IMG/VR virus record: IMGVR_UViG_3300013121_000023
Span: 64,001 to 128,000 of that record
Length of the DNA stretch: 64,000 bases
Direction: 5' to 3' (one strand)
Source of the DNA: a virus
Lineage: Duplodnaviria; Caudoviricetes
The position numbers were made by a program, and so were the translations under genes. The notes below the pieces were generated by a model that was not told where the DNA came from, made no database searches, and saw nothing but the letters and a program-made list of their open reading frames with translations. Shown here piece by piece: positions 18,025 to 27,874 of the stretch (positions within the stretch are counted from its first letter, which is position 1; each line of letters starts with the position of its first letter).

Positions 18025-19092
18025 ATGGCACCTAGGGAAAATTGGGTTATGAACCTGGAACCCAGCATGATGACAGCTGTAGCGGACAAGCTAGAAGATG
18101 ACATCTACGCGCTGCACGTTGCTGGGTTCAAAGCCATTGCTGGAGGTGTTGTGTGTTGTGTTGTTTCTGCTCCTAAAAGTATGCAAAGCCGTCCAAATCT
18201 ATATAACATATATGAAAAAGATCTGCTAAAGCGCACTGAAGCCAAGCAGAACAAGCAAGTAGCTTTTGAGACCCTATCTTTTCATGAACGGCAGCTGGAG
18301 GCTCATGGCACCGTTCGCGTGATGCAATCGGTCATGAAATGGGTGCGTAGCATTGTGCCCAATAATCTACTCTTCATCAGCGGCGTACCAAAGAGTTTGG
18401 TGTCCGACGACAATAACGTGGAGCTAGCAGATGCCGGTTTGGTACCGGCTAGTTGTTACGCGAAGATAATATCTTCTGTAACTAGATGGTCAGATCTGGT
18501 TGATAGCGGAAAGAAGACAAAGTTCAGCTTTAGGGTCCATGGCGGGGCATTGAATGAGCTGCATGTGTCTGAAATGGATACATACGGCATTTCTGCTGTC
18601 CACAGGAGTACTTCACCAGCTGTGAGGGCGCTACGCTCTCTGGACCTGCTGAAAGAGTCAGACCTTGCTAACGTATCTGACTGGGTGCGTTCTTGCGGTA
18701 AGGACAAGACGCTTGAGCTAGTCAACAGGAGTATGAAGTTCAACGGGTACGGTGTGCCTGAGAAAACAATACGTCTTGTAGATGATATCGTAAACAGGGG
18801 CGTGGTCGCCCTAAATGAAAATCAGAGCAAATATGCACTACTAGCGGTATTTGAGCCATATAGACTGTTTACAGATCCATCCGAAAGGGAGTTTACTAAG
18901 CAGTTCGTAGGTTGGGTATCGTCACTTAACATGGCAGAGATAGCTGAGTTTGCTGGTTGCTCAGAATCCATGGCTAGCTACATTAAGACGGCCGTAGCAA
19001 GCGGGATATCTCCGAAGGTTACGGAGAGAGTGCCAGTAGGTAAACTCAAAAAATTGATGAGACACTGGAAAGAATCTAAATCTAAACGCTAA
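18025..19092 (+). CDS. hypothetical protein
   Basis: 355-aa ORF after an ATAAGA motif. Confidence 0.65.
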   Translation: MAPRENWVMNLEPSMMTAVADKLEDDIYALHVAGFKAIAGGVVCCVVSAPKSMQSRPNLYNIYEKDLLKRTEAKQNKQVAFETLSFHERQLEAHGTVRVMQSVMKWVRSIVPNNLLFISGVPKSLVSDDNNVELADAGLVPASCYAKIISSVTRWSDLVDSGKKTKFSFRVHGGALNELHVSEMDTYGISAVHRSTSPAVRALRSLDLLKESDLANVSDWVRSCGKDKTLELVNRSMKFNGYGVPEKTIRLVDDIVNRGVVALNENQSKYALLAVFEPYRLFTDPSEREFTKQFVGWVSSLNMAEIAEFAGCSESMASYIKTAVASGISPKVTERVPVGKLKKLMRHWKESKSKR

Positions 19093-19124
19093 AAAGTTTT
19101 TTCCGTTCAGTCAAATACCCGCGT

Positions 19125-20087
19125 ATGCGGGTATTTTGCTTTGGAGGATGCATGCTGGAAAACGCTCACAACTTGGTCAGGTTGTTTCTCATTAGTAGAC
19201 CGTTGCCTACTATATGCGTGGTAGTGATGCCTGGAGCATCTCCTTTTCCCCCTGAGATATTTAGGTTCATAAAGGGTCTCAAGAATGATTTTTACAGCAC
19301 CATAGCAGTAACATATGTATTCGTAGATGACGTAGTTTCTGCTATGACGTTTCAGGAAGATAATGAAGACATAACAGTTATAAGTACTAAGAAGAAAGAC
19401 CTTCGTACTAGTATAACCAAGGCTGACCATTTCTATATATGTACTATAAATTCGCGCTTTCACCCCAATGAAGTAAGTGAGTGCGCTATAGAGGTACTGG
19501 CCGGAAACAACAATGATACGATTGTTTCCTTCGAGGCTTGCACGGATATAGGCATTTTCGATGGGCTGAGATCTGGATCACCGGCATCAAGCGAAGATCC
19601 TGATGTGCAAAAGGAATTTCATATATATTCGGCGCACGATAAGAAACCTGCTGATTTTAAGGAAGGAGAAGAGTACATAAACCCAGCGATGGTCTTGGTC
19701 TGGGCCTTCATCAGGCAGTACATTAAGGCTTCACCTTACGCCAAGAAAACAATACATGATAAACCAATAATATTCGGTGTTCCGGTTATTGGGTCTGGTT
19801 CAGCTAAAGGTGTGCCACTATCAGCCTGCTTCTCAATGTTCGATTTTAGGCAGATAGCAAGTTCGTACGAAGCAAAGTTGGCAATGAAAAGATATAAAAA
19901 CATGCTGGACGCATTTCAAATGTCAGCGACTTATGTTGACGACCTATCTATCATAGATAGGGTAAACGCTTGCTCTGGCGTTATGGGGGTTTCTACTAAA
20001 GAAGTCCTCAAGATTTGTGAAATAAGTGAAGAGCACTACGCTAAGATTCTTTCTAAGGAGGCTGTAAATGTCATCTCATCAAGGTAA
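19125..20087 (+). CDS. hypothetical protein
   Basis: 320-aa ORF; GGAGG suggests a start slightly downstream. Confidence 0.6.
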   Translation: MRVFCFGGCMLENAHNLVRLFLISRPLPTICVVVMPGASPFPPEIFRFIKGLKNDFYSTIAVTYVFVDDVVSAMTFQEDNEDITVISTKKKDLRTSITKADHFYICTINSRFHPNEVSECAIEVLAGNNNDTIVSFEACTDIGIFDGLRSGSPASSEDPDVQKEFHIYSAHDKKPADFKEGEEYINPAMVLVWAFIRQYIKASPYAKKTIHDKPIIFGVPVIGSGSAKGVPLSACFSMFDFRQIASSYEAKLAMKRYKNMLDAFQMSATYVDDLSIIDRVNACSGVMGVSTKEVLKICEISEEHYAKILSKEAVNVISSR

Positions 20088-21387
20088 GTGTGCTCGTACT
20101 CTGGTTGTGGGAATGATACCGCAAAACCACTTTGACACGAAGTACAGGGACGCCCTTGAGTCCAGTTGCTTCAAAGTCGTAGCCTACATAGATGCTGACA
20201 GGCACATGGGAGGTATAAGTGCGTATAGGGATGAATGTGATGTCGTAGTAATCCTAACGGGTCTGATGGCCCACAACACAGTCGAACAAATACACAGTAA
20301 AATCAAAGGGTGGCGGCAAACAATAGTGAATCTACCAGCTAGTGTGTCTCGCTGGGTCGCTATATTGCAGCCAATCATAAAAGGCATGGAATTGACAGCA
20401 CCCGCATCTGTTGCAGAAGCCAAACCCGTAAGCATCACACCGCCGCAATTGCCACCTGTCTACGTACCTCCACCTTCGCCAAGTAAAGTAGAAGTTACGC
20501 CAGAACCAGAGACTGCAAATATGGAAGAGAACGTTGATGAAGAAAAAGAAGATGAAAGCGGTGAAGATGAAAGCAAGGAACTCATAGAAAAGATATTCGA
20601 AGCATACAAAAAGGCGTGCCTGTCTGGTATAGCCGACAACATACTAGCTTATGTAAACCCGATAAAGAAATTCCCCACCAAACATGCCGTAGACATGTTT
20701 GTTCGGAGGCGGTGTGATAAGGGTTACGGAACCAAAGAATTTAAGGATTGGCTAGACAACGAAAGGAGGTATGCATTCGGAACAGGAGGGAGAAGGAAGA
20801 GCATTTCCACATCATCAGTGCCCGCCAAAAATGATGAGGTAGAACTGGCTAATCTGTACGCTACGGAAAATGAAAGCCTGAAGAAAAAGCTAAAAGAAGC
20901 AGAAGATGGCCTTGAATCAATCAAGGCCAAATACGAAGCCAAGATCAGAGAGTGCTTGGATTTGCAAAATGAGCGAGCACTTCTCACAGAAGACCTCAAT
21001 AAGATCACGGAAGACTTTGAGTTGACCAAAGGGACAATAGCGAAGATACAGGAAGAAAATACTTCGCTACGTAGTTCGCGCAGCTTGTTCGACGAAAACA
21101 AGTTGCGTCAAGAAATAACCTCCCTACGTGGCGAAGTAGAGAGGTGGTCGAAAGACGCCCGCGGATATGAGGTATTGGTCAAAGAACTCCAGAAAGACGC
21201 CTTGGAGAAGGATAGACTCATCCTATCACTCAGAGAGGCGGCTGACTCCAAGAGCGGGGTCATAGCCATGCTTGAGGCAAAACTCAAGCAGGAGCAGCCA
21301 CAAGCTCCACAAGCTCCACCAACCATGGTGGAAATAAAGCTCAACGTACCACTTACACACGAGCTTATGCAGATTCTGTTGAAGTGA
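20068..21387 (+). CDS. DUF2325-like N-terminal domain plus long coiled coil
   Basis: DVVVILTGLMAHNT; Pro-rich linker; heptad Glu/Lys/Leu C-terminus. Confidence 0.55.
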   Translation: MSSHQGKCARTLVVGMIPQNHFDTKYRDALESSCFKVVAYIDADRHMGGISAYRDECDVVVILTGLMAHNTVEQIHSKIKGWRQTIVNLPASVSRWVAILQPIIKGMELTAPASVAEAKPVSITPPQLPPVYVPPPSPSKVEVTPEPETANMEENVDEEKEDESGEDESKELIEKIFEAYKKACLSGIADNILAYVNPIKKFPTKHAVDMFVRRRCDKGYGTKEFKDWLDNERRYAFGTGGRRKSISTSSVPAKNDEVELANLYATENESLKKKLKEAEDGLESIKAKYEAKIRECLDLQNERALLTEDLNKITEDFELTKGTIAKIQEENTSLRSSRSLFDENKLRQEITSLRGEVERWSKDARGYEVLVKELQKDALEKDRLILSLREAADSKSGVIAMLEAKLKQEQPQAPQAPPTMVEIKLNVPLTHELMQILLK

Positions 21388-21394
21388 ACATTTG

Positions 21395-21424
21395 TACGCC
21401 GCCCTACGTGGCGGCGTATTTTTT
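21395..21424 (+). terminator. intrinsic terminator
   Basis: TACGCCGCC-loop-GGCGGCGTA-TTTTTT. Confidence 0.75.
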
Positions 21425-21446
21425 AAGTACGTGACATAATGTATGT

Positions 21447-21563
21447 ATGGCTCTCGTACTTTTCTGCGTGGCTGTGTTTTTTGGGCTGGTGTCTGATTTG
21501 GCCAGACTTGTGTTTAAGTCGCTGGGCATGAAAATGGCTCTGGAGGTAATGGATGGCTTCTAA
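21447..21563 (+). CDS. 38-aa membrane peptide, leaderless (not in ORF track)
   Basis: MALVLFCVAVFFGLVSDLARLVF...; TGA-CATAAT-N6-ATG. Confidence 0.45.
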   Translation: MALVLFCVAVFFGLVSDLARLVFKSLGMKMALEVMDGF

Positions 21564-22053
21564 CAGGTTCAATTGGAAGAGGGTACAGGATGTAAAGAAA
21601 GTAACGACTACTGTAGCCGAAGCGGCTATAGACTCAGAAATAAAGGGACACCCTAAAAGAAAAGTAATAGATTACGTACCAGGCAATAACTGTCTGTTTG
21701 CAGTGCTGTCTTGTGGTCATAGGATTAAAATGTTTTCCAAACACGAAGATCCTCGTAAGGATTTTACTTGTGTTAACTGCACTATAGACAAGCAAACAGC
21801 TGTTCAACATATACGAAATTTGCGACCAATCAGTATCCTACATTTGGCTAGCCTTACTGACTTGCCGTATGACCACTTGAGAACACTATTGTATGAAGGA
21901 GGTATAGAATACGCTAACAGTGAATACGCTAACAAGATAATGATACCAGCTGCATCAGTAATCAGCTATCTATCCAAGATAGGCATACTAAAGGGTCTAA
22001 TAGTTGACGTGTTAGGAGGCTTGGATGGTATCTGTAAGAAATGTACTAGATAG
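21553..22053 (+). CDS. Zn-binding hypothetical protein
   Basis: LSCGH...CVNC; GGAGG RBS. Confidence 0.55.
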   Translation: MASNRFNWKRVQDVKKVTTTVAEAAIDSEIKGHPKRKVIDYVPGNNCLFAVLSCGHRIKMFSKHEDPRKDFTCVNCTIDKQTAVQHIRNLRPISILHLASLTDLPYDHLRTLLYEGGIEYANSEYANKIMIPAASVISYLSKIGILKGLIVDVLGGLDGICKKCTR

Positions 22054-22780
22054 CGTAAATGCGTGCGACGACGCAATTATGTGGGCTGAGGAATGTTTCG
22101 GTAATCGTATATATGAAACAGATACAGATGTAATAGAAGATACCAAAACACTATGGGATAGCTGCCATAGACCAGAATGGCTACTTTACATAATACTAAA
22201 AATAGACGCCCTATTGGCTTATAGAACTGTGTTGTATCTAGTTCAAATGCAGTTCTATAAAGTTATAAATACAAACAATAAAGATTACGATCTATACGCT
22301 ACGATGATGAGCAGGTGCGAAGAGCATTTGAGAGATACAAGCTATGCACCGACCAGTAAACTAGCATCAGCTGTGCCTAACTATCATGAATTTGTGCCAG
22401 CTTGGGCCCACTCTGTACTGTGTACTGATGGATTTAGGCCTTTTTACGTATTCATGCATAAGTACGAACACGAATTTATTTGTGTATTTCACGAAAGAGT
22501 ACATGGACTTAGTGTTCTCTGGGAATGTGTTTACGGTAAAGATGCAAGTAAAAAATTGGCAGATACGATACGAGAAATGTTTACCTTTGAATTTGTATTT
22601 GACAACGTAGTAAATACACACCGTTTATTGTTGTGCCTCCGTTTTAGTATGTTATGTTTGCCGCATGGTAGACATACATACCGTTCTGACCCGTCTCAGA
22701 GACAGAGGTTGGTCTGTGCGCATCTTCTCAAGCTCAGAAGGCTGGGATGTGGAAATAAGCAAAGTTCTGCTGGCCTATAA
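22025..22780 (+). CDS. phage hypothetical protein
   Basis: ACDDAIMWA...WDSCHRPEWLL N-terminal motif. Confidence 0.55.
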   Translation: MVSVRNVLDSVNACDDAIMWAEECFGNRIYETDTDVIEDTKTLWDSCHRPEWLLYIILKIDALLAYRTVLYLVQMQFYKVINTNNKDYDLYATMMSRCEEHLRDTSYAPTSKLASAVPNYHEFVPAWAHSVLCTDGFRPFYVFMHKYEHEFICVFHERVHGLSVLWECVYGKDASKKLADTIREMFTFEFVFDNVVNTHRLLLCLRFSMLCLPHGRHTYRSDPSQRQRLVCAHLLKLRRLGCGNKQSSAGL

Positions 22781-22922
22781 AGCCCTTGAAGGAAGAGGTA
22801 AGCACGCCCAGCTTATGGAGGCGGTACATAGCGCCGTTTCCGATGTTAAGAGGCAGCTTAGGACCATCTCAGATCAGCTCCCAGAAATGCTGGTGTCCAT
22901 AGATAGTCTTTTCTCTGAGTAA
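22665..22922 (+). CDS. hypothetical protein, leaderless
   Basis: TGT-TATGTT-N6-ATG. Confidence 0.6.
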   Translation: MVDIHTVLTRLRDRGWSVRIFSSSEGWDVEISKVLLAYKALEGRGKHAQLMEAVHSAVSDVKRQLRTISDQLPEMLVSIDSLFSE

Positions 22923-22980
22923 AAATAAATAAAAGCTGGCTATAAGAGTTTGGGGTACTGCAACCTCAAGGAGTTTTCTC

Positions 22981-23658
22981 ATGGAATCTGAAGCTAAGAT
23001 AGAGAACAACAAAGAAATCCAGGCGGCGTCCATCAGGCTGGCCAAAAGTCTAATGGATGCGGCGTCAATAAAATTCGGCGTCTTTGACGCCAAACATTAC
23101 AAGGCTGCCTGTAGTGTCATCAATGAAATGGTCGCTGTTGGATTGATTACGGAGAAAGTAGCTGTAGTGAAAAAGGCTCAAATAGTGAGTCAGTTTACAG
23201 GTGTAGACCTACTCAACGGCGTGCGCCTTGATGATGTTATAAACCTACCGAGCGCTGAGTTGCTGCTTGGGCCCAAGGGGTCGGTAGCGGCGTTGCCAAA
23301 GAACCCGGCGCCAGAAAAAACATCTACGTACATAGCCGTGCCGATGGTGGATAGCACTGGTCATTATTCGGCCATAAGGGCGGCTCGTACACTATCTTCA
23401 GTATCGTCCAATGGCCCTGTTTCCCCGAAGTGGGTCTCCACTGCCGCGAGGCAACTAGCGATTTTTGGCAAGGATGGTTGGGGCATGTACGTCAGTCTCG
23501 AAAGCACTGACGTGAAGGGGGAGACGATAAAGCATTGGAAGTACAACAAGAAAGCGGTTCTTGAGTTGGCCAGACATAGGTTTGGTAAAACTTTCAAAGA
23601 AGAAGATTTTGTGTGGGATGACAAGCTATTAACGGCTGTTGACTACCGTATGTTTTAG
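22981..23658 (+). CDS. antirepressor-like DNA-binding protein
   Basis: C-terminal YSA...VSPKWVSTAARQL...WG...HWKYNKKAV resembles phage antirepressor C-domains. Confidence 0.45.
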   Translation: MESEAKIENNKEIQAASIRLAKSLMDAASIKFGVFDAKHYKAACSVINEMVAVGLITEKVAVVKKAQIVSQFTGVDLLNGVRLDDVINLPSAELLLGPKGSVAALPKNPAPEKTSTYIAVPMVDSTGHYSAIRAARTLSSVSSNGPVSPKWVSTAARQLAIFGKDGWGMYVSLESTDVKGETIKHWKYNKKAVLELARHRFGKTFKEEDFVWDDKLLTAVDYRMF

Positions 23659-23673
23659 GCGCACTCTTGATGC

Positions 23674-23892
23674 ATGTTGGTACCAGAACAACAAGCAGTT
23701 TCAGTGCGCCATATAACTTGCTACCCCGATGGGGGTATAAAGCAGGTTACGAACATAGACGTGCCAATCGCTGTAGTGGCCGGAATACTAACGGTCATTA
23801 CAGCGATTGTTGCTGCTGTAGTATCATCTAGAAATCAACCGCAGCAACCAGCTAATTTTTTAGCTACCGAGTACCATGGCATATACAAGTGA
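23674..23892 (+). CDS. small single-pass membrane protein
   Basis: IAVVAGILTVITAIVAAVV. Confidence 0.5.
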   Translation: MLVPEQQAVSVRHITCYPDGGIKQVTNIDVPIAVVAGILTVITAIVAAVVSSRNQPQQPANFLATEYHGIYK

Positions 23893-26887
23893 AGAAGTAA
23901 GGGCGGCTGTACAATCTCTTCTACTCAGCGAATTGAGAAGAGGTTTCAACAGCCTCGGCATCAGAGATGTTGGTCAGACATTTGCTGATTTTCAAGAAGT
24001 CACAGCCATTACTCTTCTCTTGCAGCCAGAAGGTATATTTTACGTAGCTTATCTAGCTTCACAGCGCCTGTTGTCAACAGTTAGATCGCTGTATTTGAAG
24101 ATAGATGAGCTTGCAACTGTGACGAGATACGCTGATAGGAAGGTTATTCCTGTAAAGGACATAACCACCTTGGCAAATGCTCGCGCAGCTTTGTCCGAGT
24201 TGGCTTCGGCTATGGCTAGCAGGTCATCCGTACCTAAATCCATAACCAGCATACCGGCGTATACGCGGTTCAGCTCCAACACCTCGGACTTTGTTAACAG
24301 TCAGGCGTCTTCTATACGGGATGGTAGCGATATAGTACCTACCCCAGACGAAGCCAGGATGCGTATACCTGCTCTTATAGAAGAAGTTTTTTCTCTTTAC
24401 GCCACTGTAATAACAAGAGCAAAGTTCATATCAAATCTTCTTACAAATTATACGAATCTAGACCTACCCAGAGTTGTCTCACTAGGCGTTATAGAACGTT
24501 CAAGAGATAAAATAGACGAGATATATGAAACTTTGGACAATCTCTCTGACTCAGAGAGACTTGCCGTACTCAGAGAATCGGTTTTGGGTATAGCCGCAAC
24601 AAGAGCTGTAGTTAAGCAGCTCGGTGGTTTTGTTTCGCCCACGACTGAAAAGAAAATAAACGGCGCTTTGGTGCCGTACAGTGATGCCACGCATACTCTA
24701 ACGAGACCTTTTATAGAATGCGACATAAAGGGACCGTACGCTCTTACAGAAACGTCGAACAAACTATCTTTCTCGTTGGACGGAGCAACCTATGTCGTTC
24801 CACTAGGAACATCGTATTTCGCAGAAATAATTGGTGGTGTAATAGAAACATATGAAGTCAACCTTACGAATAACGTATTTAGATTTTATGTTGACTCAAA
24901 TCTAGCCAGTGTTCTGGTAAGTGTGACGCTGACAACTGGTGTTGCCAGAACGGCTGAACAGATAGCAGCTGATGTAAACGCCGTAAGCGCTGCTTATGAC
25001 GTTATGTGCATCCCCAGGTTTAGGAGCACCGTAAAGGCACAGGCTACTGTATCTGTTGTCAGTACTGGTCCTACTTCTGGCACAGTTACAGTATCTACAA
25101 CAGGAGTAGACTTCGTAGCTCTTGGTATTGTACCTGGGGACAAGCTTGTATTTCTTAATACTACGAACAGCTACTACGTTTGGACTGTAACTGCCAGGAC
25201 ATCTACAACTATAGACTTCACTGGTAGCGTTGCTGTTGTAGCCGCCACGTCATGTACGTGTCAGGTCGGTGCTTCTGGTAATTTCGTAGTGGCTCTGAAA
25301 GCTATAAACAGCGCATCTATCGTCAATAAAAAGAGCATTCAGATAGATTCTTCTGTGAGTAACACCGCCATAGGTATTCTAGGGTTTACAGCTGGTGCCT
25401 TTGCTGAGTCTGCCCCCGTGTACCCAAAGGATGTAGTAGGTACAATCAACAGAGTGACGGCCAGGATCGAGGCTGCTCCTGTGTTTGAGGCTACTTACGA
25501 AGACATACCAGGTAGAACAGATGCGACTGATAGGACCAAGTTCATAGCATCAAGTCTGTACTCAGAAGGAACTATAACACCTACTGGTACCGGGTTGACC
25601 TTCGTACCTACTGATCCCGGTAAGAGCGCGATAGATGCCGGTGTGGCTGCTGGATACGTGCTGATAGTGAGGGATGGTCCTGGTGTTGGCGAGGTATACC
25701 TAGTTACCTCTGTATCAGGTACTGGAGTGGTTTCAGCTACAGGCGTACCTCCCACGGTAGCTGGGATAGGTACAGTAGATATAGGATTTGCTTACCCTTC
25801 TCTAGAAGACTACGAGATTCTCATATCTTCTGGTCCACTAGCCGGTTCTTACATTGTTCGTAGGAACACAGCTGTGCCTACTTTTGAGCTAGAGCTTCGT
25901 GACGACACTCCGATGGCCACATACCAAGATACTGTTGGCAGGCCTATCGAAGTTGTGTGTTCCATAGGTAAGAGCGCAGTATCTTTTACCTCAAAGAATG
26001 AAACGATATCTTCTTCTATAGGTTGTTCTTCTGGTACGGCTTTTTCACTCCTGTTTACAACGTCTCAGCCGGTAGTGAACGCTACGACCAAATGGTTCAG
26101 ATACGATGCTTCTCTGAACTCCATAAAGGTTGGAGATGTGGTGGCGTACTATGACACCAGCATACAGACACCCAGTGTCTCATATGTGGTGACCAGAAAG
26201 GAGGAAGAGGTGCTTTCTCTTTCTCCCGAGGGTCCGGCGAATGTGAACATGTCCGTGTCTTCATCGGCTACGCTTCCTTTTGCTCTTGTGACGCACGGCA
26301 TGTACCAGCCATACCTAGCCGTCAAAACGGCCATAGATTCCTGGCTACTGTCGATACCCGATGATAACGATTTGTTCGAGCTTGAGCGCTTGTACAACAT
26401 TGTTCACAAGAACAGCAATCCTACAGCCAGTGACGTAAACAACGCTGTCAACAAGCTACTTGGTACAAGCGGTACCTATGAACTAGGTAATCTCGTGTCT
26501 AAATCGATAGCAACGGCTGTTGGTTCCGATGCAACCAAGTCTCTTGAGTACATTTTGTCCAGTTATGCCGTTGAGCACATACCTGATGTAGATGCTTTGC
26601 TGAGGGCGCTACTCCAGCAGGGCTGTGATAGAGCGTATGATTTGCTCATCACGGCTGATGTAGTGTCTTATTTCGGCATAGACATGGAAACAGCATCGTA
26701 TGCTGGGGCTATTACATCAAGTGCTCGCGCAGTAGTTAGAGAGACGCTGCCTACTAGCTCTACTGGTGTCGGCAGAAGATATGCTCGCGTCATAGCTGAG
26801 TCCGAGTCACCTGACTATGAGTACACTTCTGATGACTCCGGGCCCTCAAAGCAAGGCGGTACAGACGCTGATTTGGAGGAGACATGA
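23876..26887 (+). CDS. large baseplate/tail structural protein
   Basis: 1003 aa; helical ends, beta-rich middle with DFVALGIVPGDKL-type repeats. Confidence 0.6.
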   Translation: MAYTSEEVRAAVQSLLLSELRRGFNSLGIRDVGQTFADFQEVTAITLLLQPEGIFYVAYLASQRLLSTVRSLYLKIDELATVTRYADRKVIPVKDITTLANARAALSELASAMASRSSVPKSITSIPAYTRFSSNTSDFVNSQASSIRDGSDIVPTPDEARMRIPALIEEVFSLYATVITRAKFISNLLTNYTNLDLPRVVSLGVIERSRDKIDEIYETLDNLSDSERLAVLRESVLGIAATRAVVKQLGGFVSPTTEKKINGALVPYSDATHTLTRPFIECDIKGPYALTETSNKLSFSLDGATYVVPLGTSYFAEIIGGVIETYEVNLTNNVFRFYVDSNLASVLVSVTLTTGVARTAEQIAADVNAVSAAYDVMCIPRFRSTVKAQATVSVVSTGPTSGTVTVSTTGVDFVALGIVPGDKLVFLNTTNSYYVWTVTARTSTTIDFTGSVAVVAATSCTCQVGASGNFVVALKAINSASIVNKKSIQIDSSVSNTAIGILGFTAGAFAESAPVYPKDVVGTINRVTARIEAAPVFEATYEDIPGRTDATDRTKFIASSLYSEGTITPTGTGLTFVPTDPGKSAIDAGVAAGYVLIVRDGPGVGEVYLVTSVSGTGVVSATGVPPTVAGIGTVDIGFAYPSLEDYEILISSGPLAGSYIVRRNTAVPTFELELRDDTPMATYQDTVGRPIEVVCSIGKSAVSFTSKNETISSSIGCSSGTAFSLLFTTSQPVVNATTKWFRYDASLNSIKVGDVVAYYDTSIQTPSVSYVVTRKEEEVLSLSPEGPANVNMSVSSSATLPFALVTHGMYQPYLAVKTAIDSWLLSIPDDNDLFELERLYNIVHKNSNPTASDVNNAVNKLLGTSGTYELGNLVSKSIATAVGSDATKSLEYILSSYAVEHIPDVDALLRALLQQGCDRAYDLLITADVVSYFGIDMETASYAGAITSSARAVVRETLPTSSTGVGRRYARVIAESESPDYEYTSDDSGPSKQGGTDADLEET

Positions 26888-27210
26888 GCACAAAAGAAGA
26901 CAACAAAAAGAATGATGACGCCTTTGAGCTTCGCCGTAAGGTTGCAAATGCTTACGGTTTCGTCGTTGGCCAGCAGTCGAACCAATCCTTTGCCGCAACC
27001 ACACTTGAAGAGTGTATCGATCGCCGTATCGAGGATATTGAGGGCACTCAGCAAGATGGCAGGCCGAACATACTTGAAGAGATATCTAGGATAGAAAATG
27101 ACTTCAAGTCAGCTGTCGAAAAGATACGCAGCTTGCCACCCGATTACTTCAAGGCGCCGAAGGATAACTTGCCGGTGAACACAGAAGAGGGACAAGCTGA
27201 AGAAACATGA
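26884..27210 (+). CDS. hypothetical protein
   Basis: Coupled ORF with GGAGGAG RBS. Confidence 0.6.
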   Translation: MSTKEDNKKNDDAFELRRKVANAYGFVVGQQSNQSFAATTLEECIDRRIEDIEGTQQDGRPNILEEISRIENDFKSAVEKIRSLPPDYFKAPKDNLPVNTEEGQAEET

Positions 27211-27222
27211 TAACCTTTCGGT

Positions 27223-27873
27223 GTGTTTGACCTACAAATCTGCTACCCACAACAGTTGGTGGACCTTCGCCGTATGCGCGAAGTCCCAGGTCTTCCTGTT
27301 CGCACACTGGAGGTCATAGGCGAGGACTTCAGAGCGGTAGAGGAAGTCATTGTGAATGGCTATCCATCTCCCAGCTATGTGAACGTATCTGACAAGAAGA
27401 TACTTGTGCAGGTACCAGATGAGGCCGCTCTTCAAAGAATCACAAGTGTCGAAGTTCTGTCCAACAACTTCGTACTCAGCCCACGTAGTAAACTCAGGTT
27501 CAAGCTGAACAAGCAGCCTCGCAGATGCAATAGGATGCTTTTGCTTGTACAGATGTTTCTCAAGATTTTGTTGACCACTCCTGGCAGAGACAGGTTTGCC
27601 AAAAAGATTGGTGGTGGTCTCATGAGAAACATAGGCGCCGTGTTCAGTAAGAACAACGGTGGGAGTATTTTGGCGGACGTAATCATAACAGTAGATCAAA
27701 CTACCAAGCAGCTTCTTGCCTTGCAGAGAACTCAAAACCTGGCACCAGAAGAGAAACTTCTGACGGCCAAGGTAGAATCAGCCTACTTCAGCAAGACTGA
27801 TGGTGGCTTGGTTGTGCAGATCAATTTGAAAAACCAGGCGGGTAAGACTGGTTATTTGAACGTGGAGATCTGA
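27223..27873 (+). CDS. baseplate wedge protein (gp25-like) with N-terminal IPT-like domain
   Basis: LVQMFLKILLTTPGRDRFAKKIGGGL; directly upstream of baseplate J. Confidence 0.65.
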   Translation: MFDLQICYPQQLVDLRRMREVPGLPVRTLEVIGEDFRAVEEVIVNGYPSPSYVNVSDKKILVQVPDEAALQRITSVEVLSNNFVLSPRSKLRFKLNKQPRRCNRMLLLVQMFLKILLTTPGRDRFAKKIGGGLMRNIGAVFSKNNGGSILADVIITVDQTTKQLLALQRTQNLAPEEKLLTAKVESAYFSKTDGGLVVQINLKNQAGKTGYLNVEI

Positions 27874-27874
27874 T

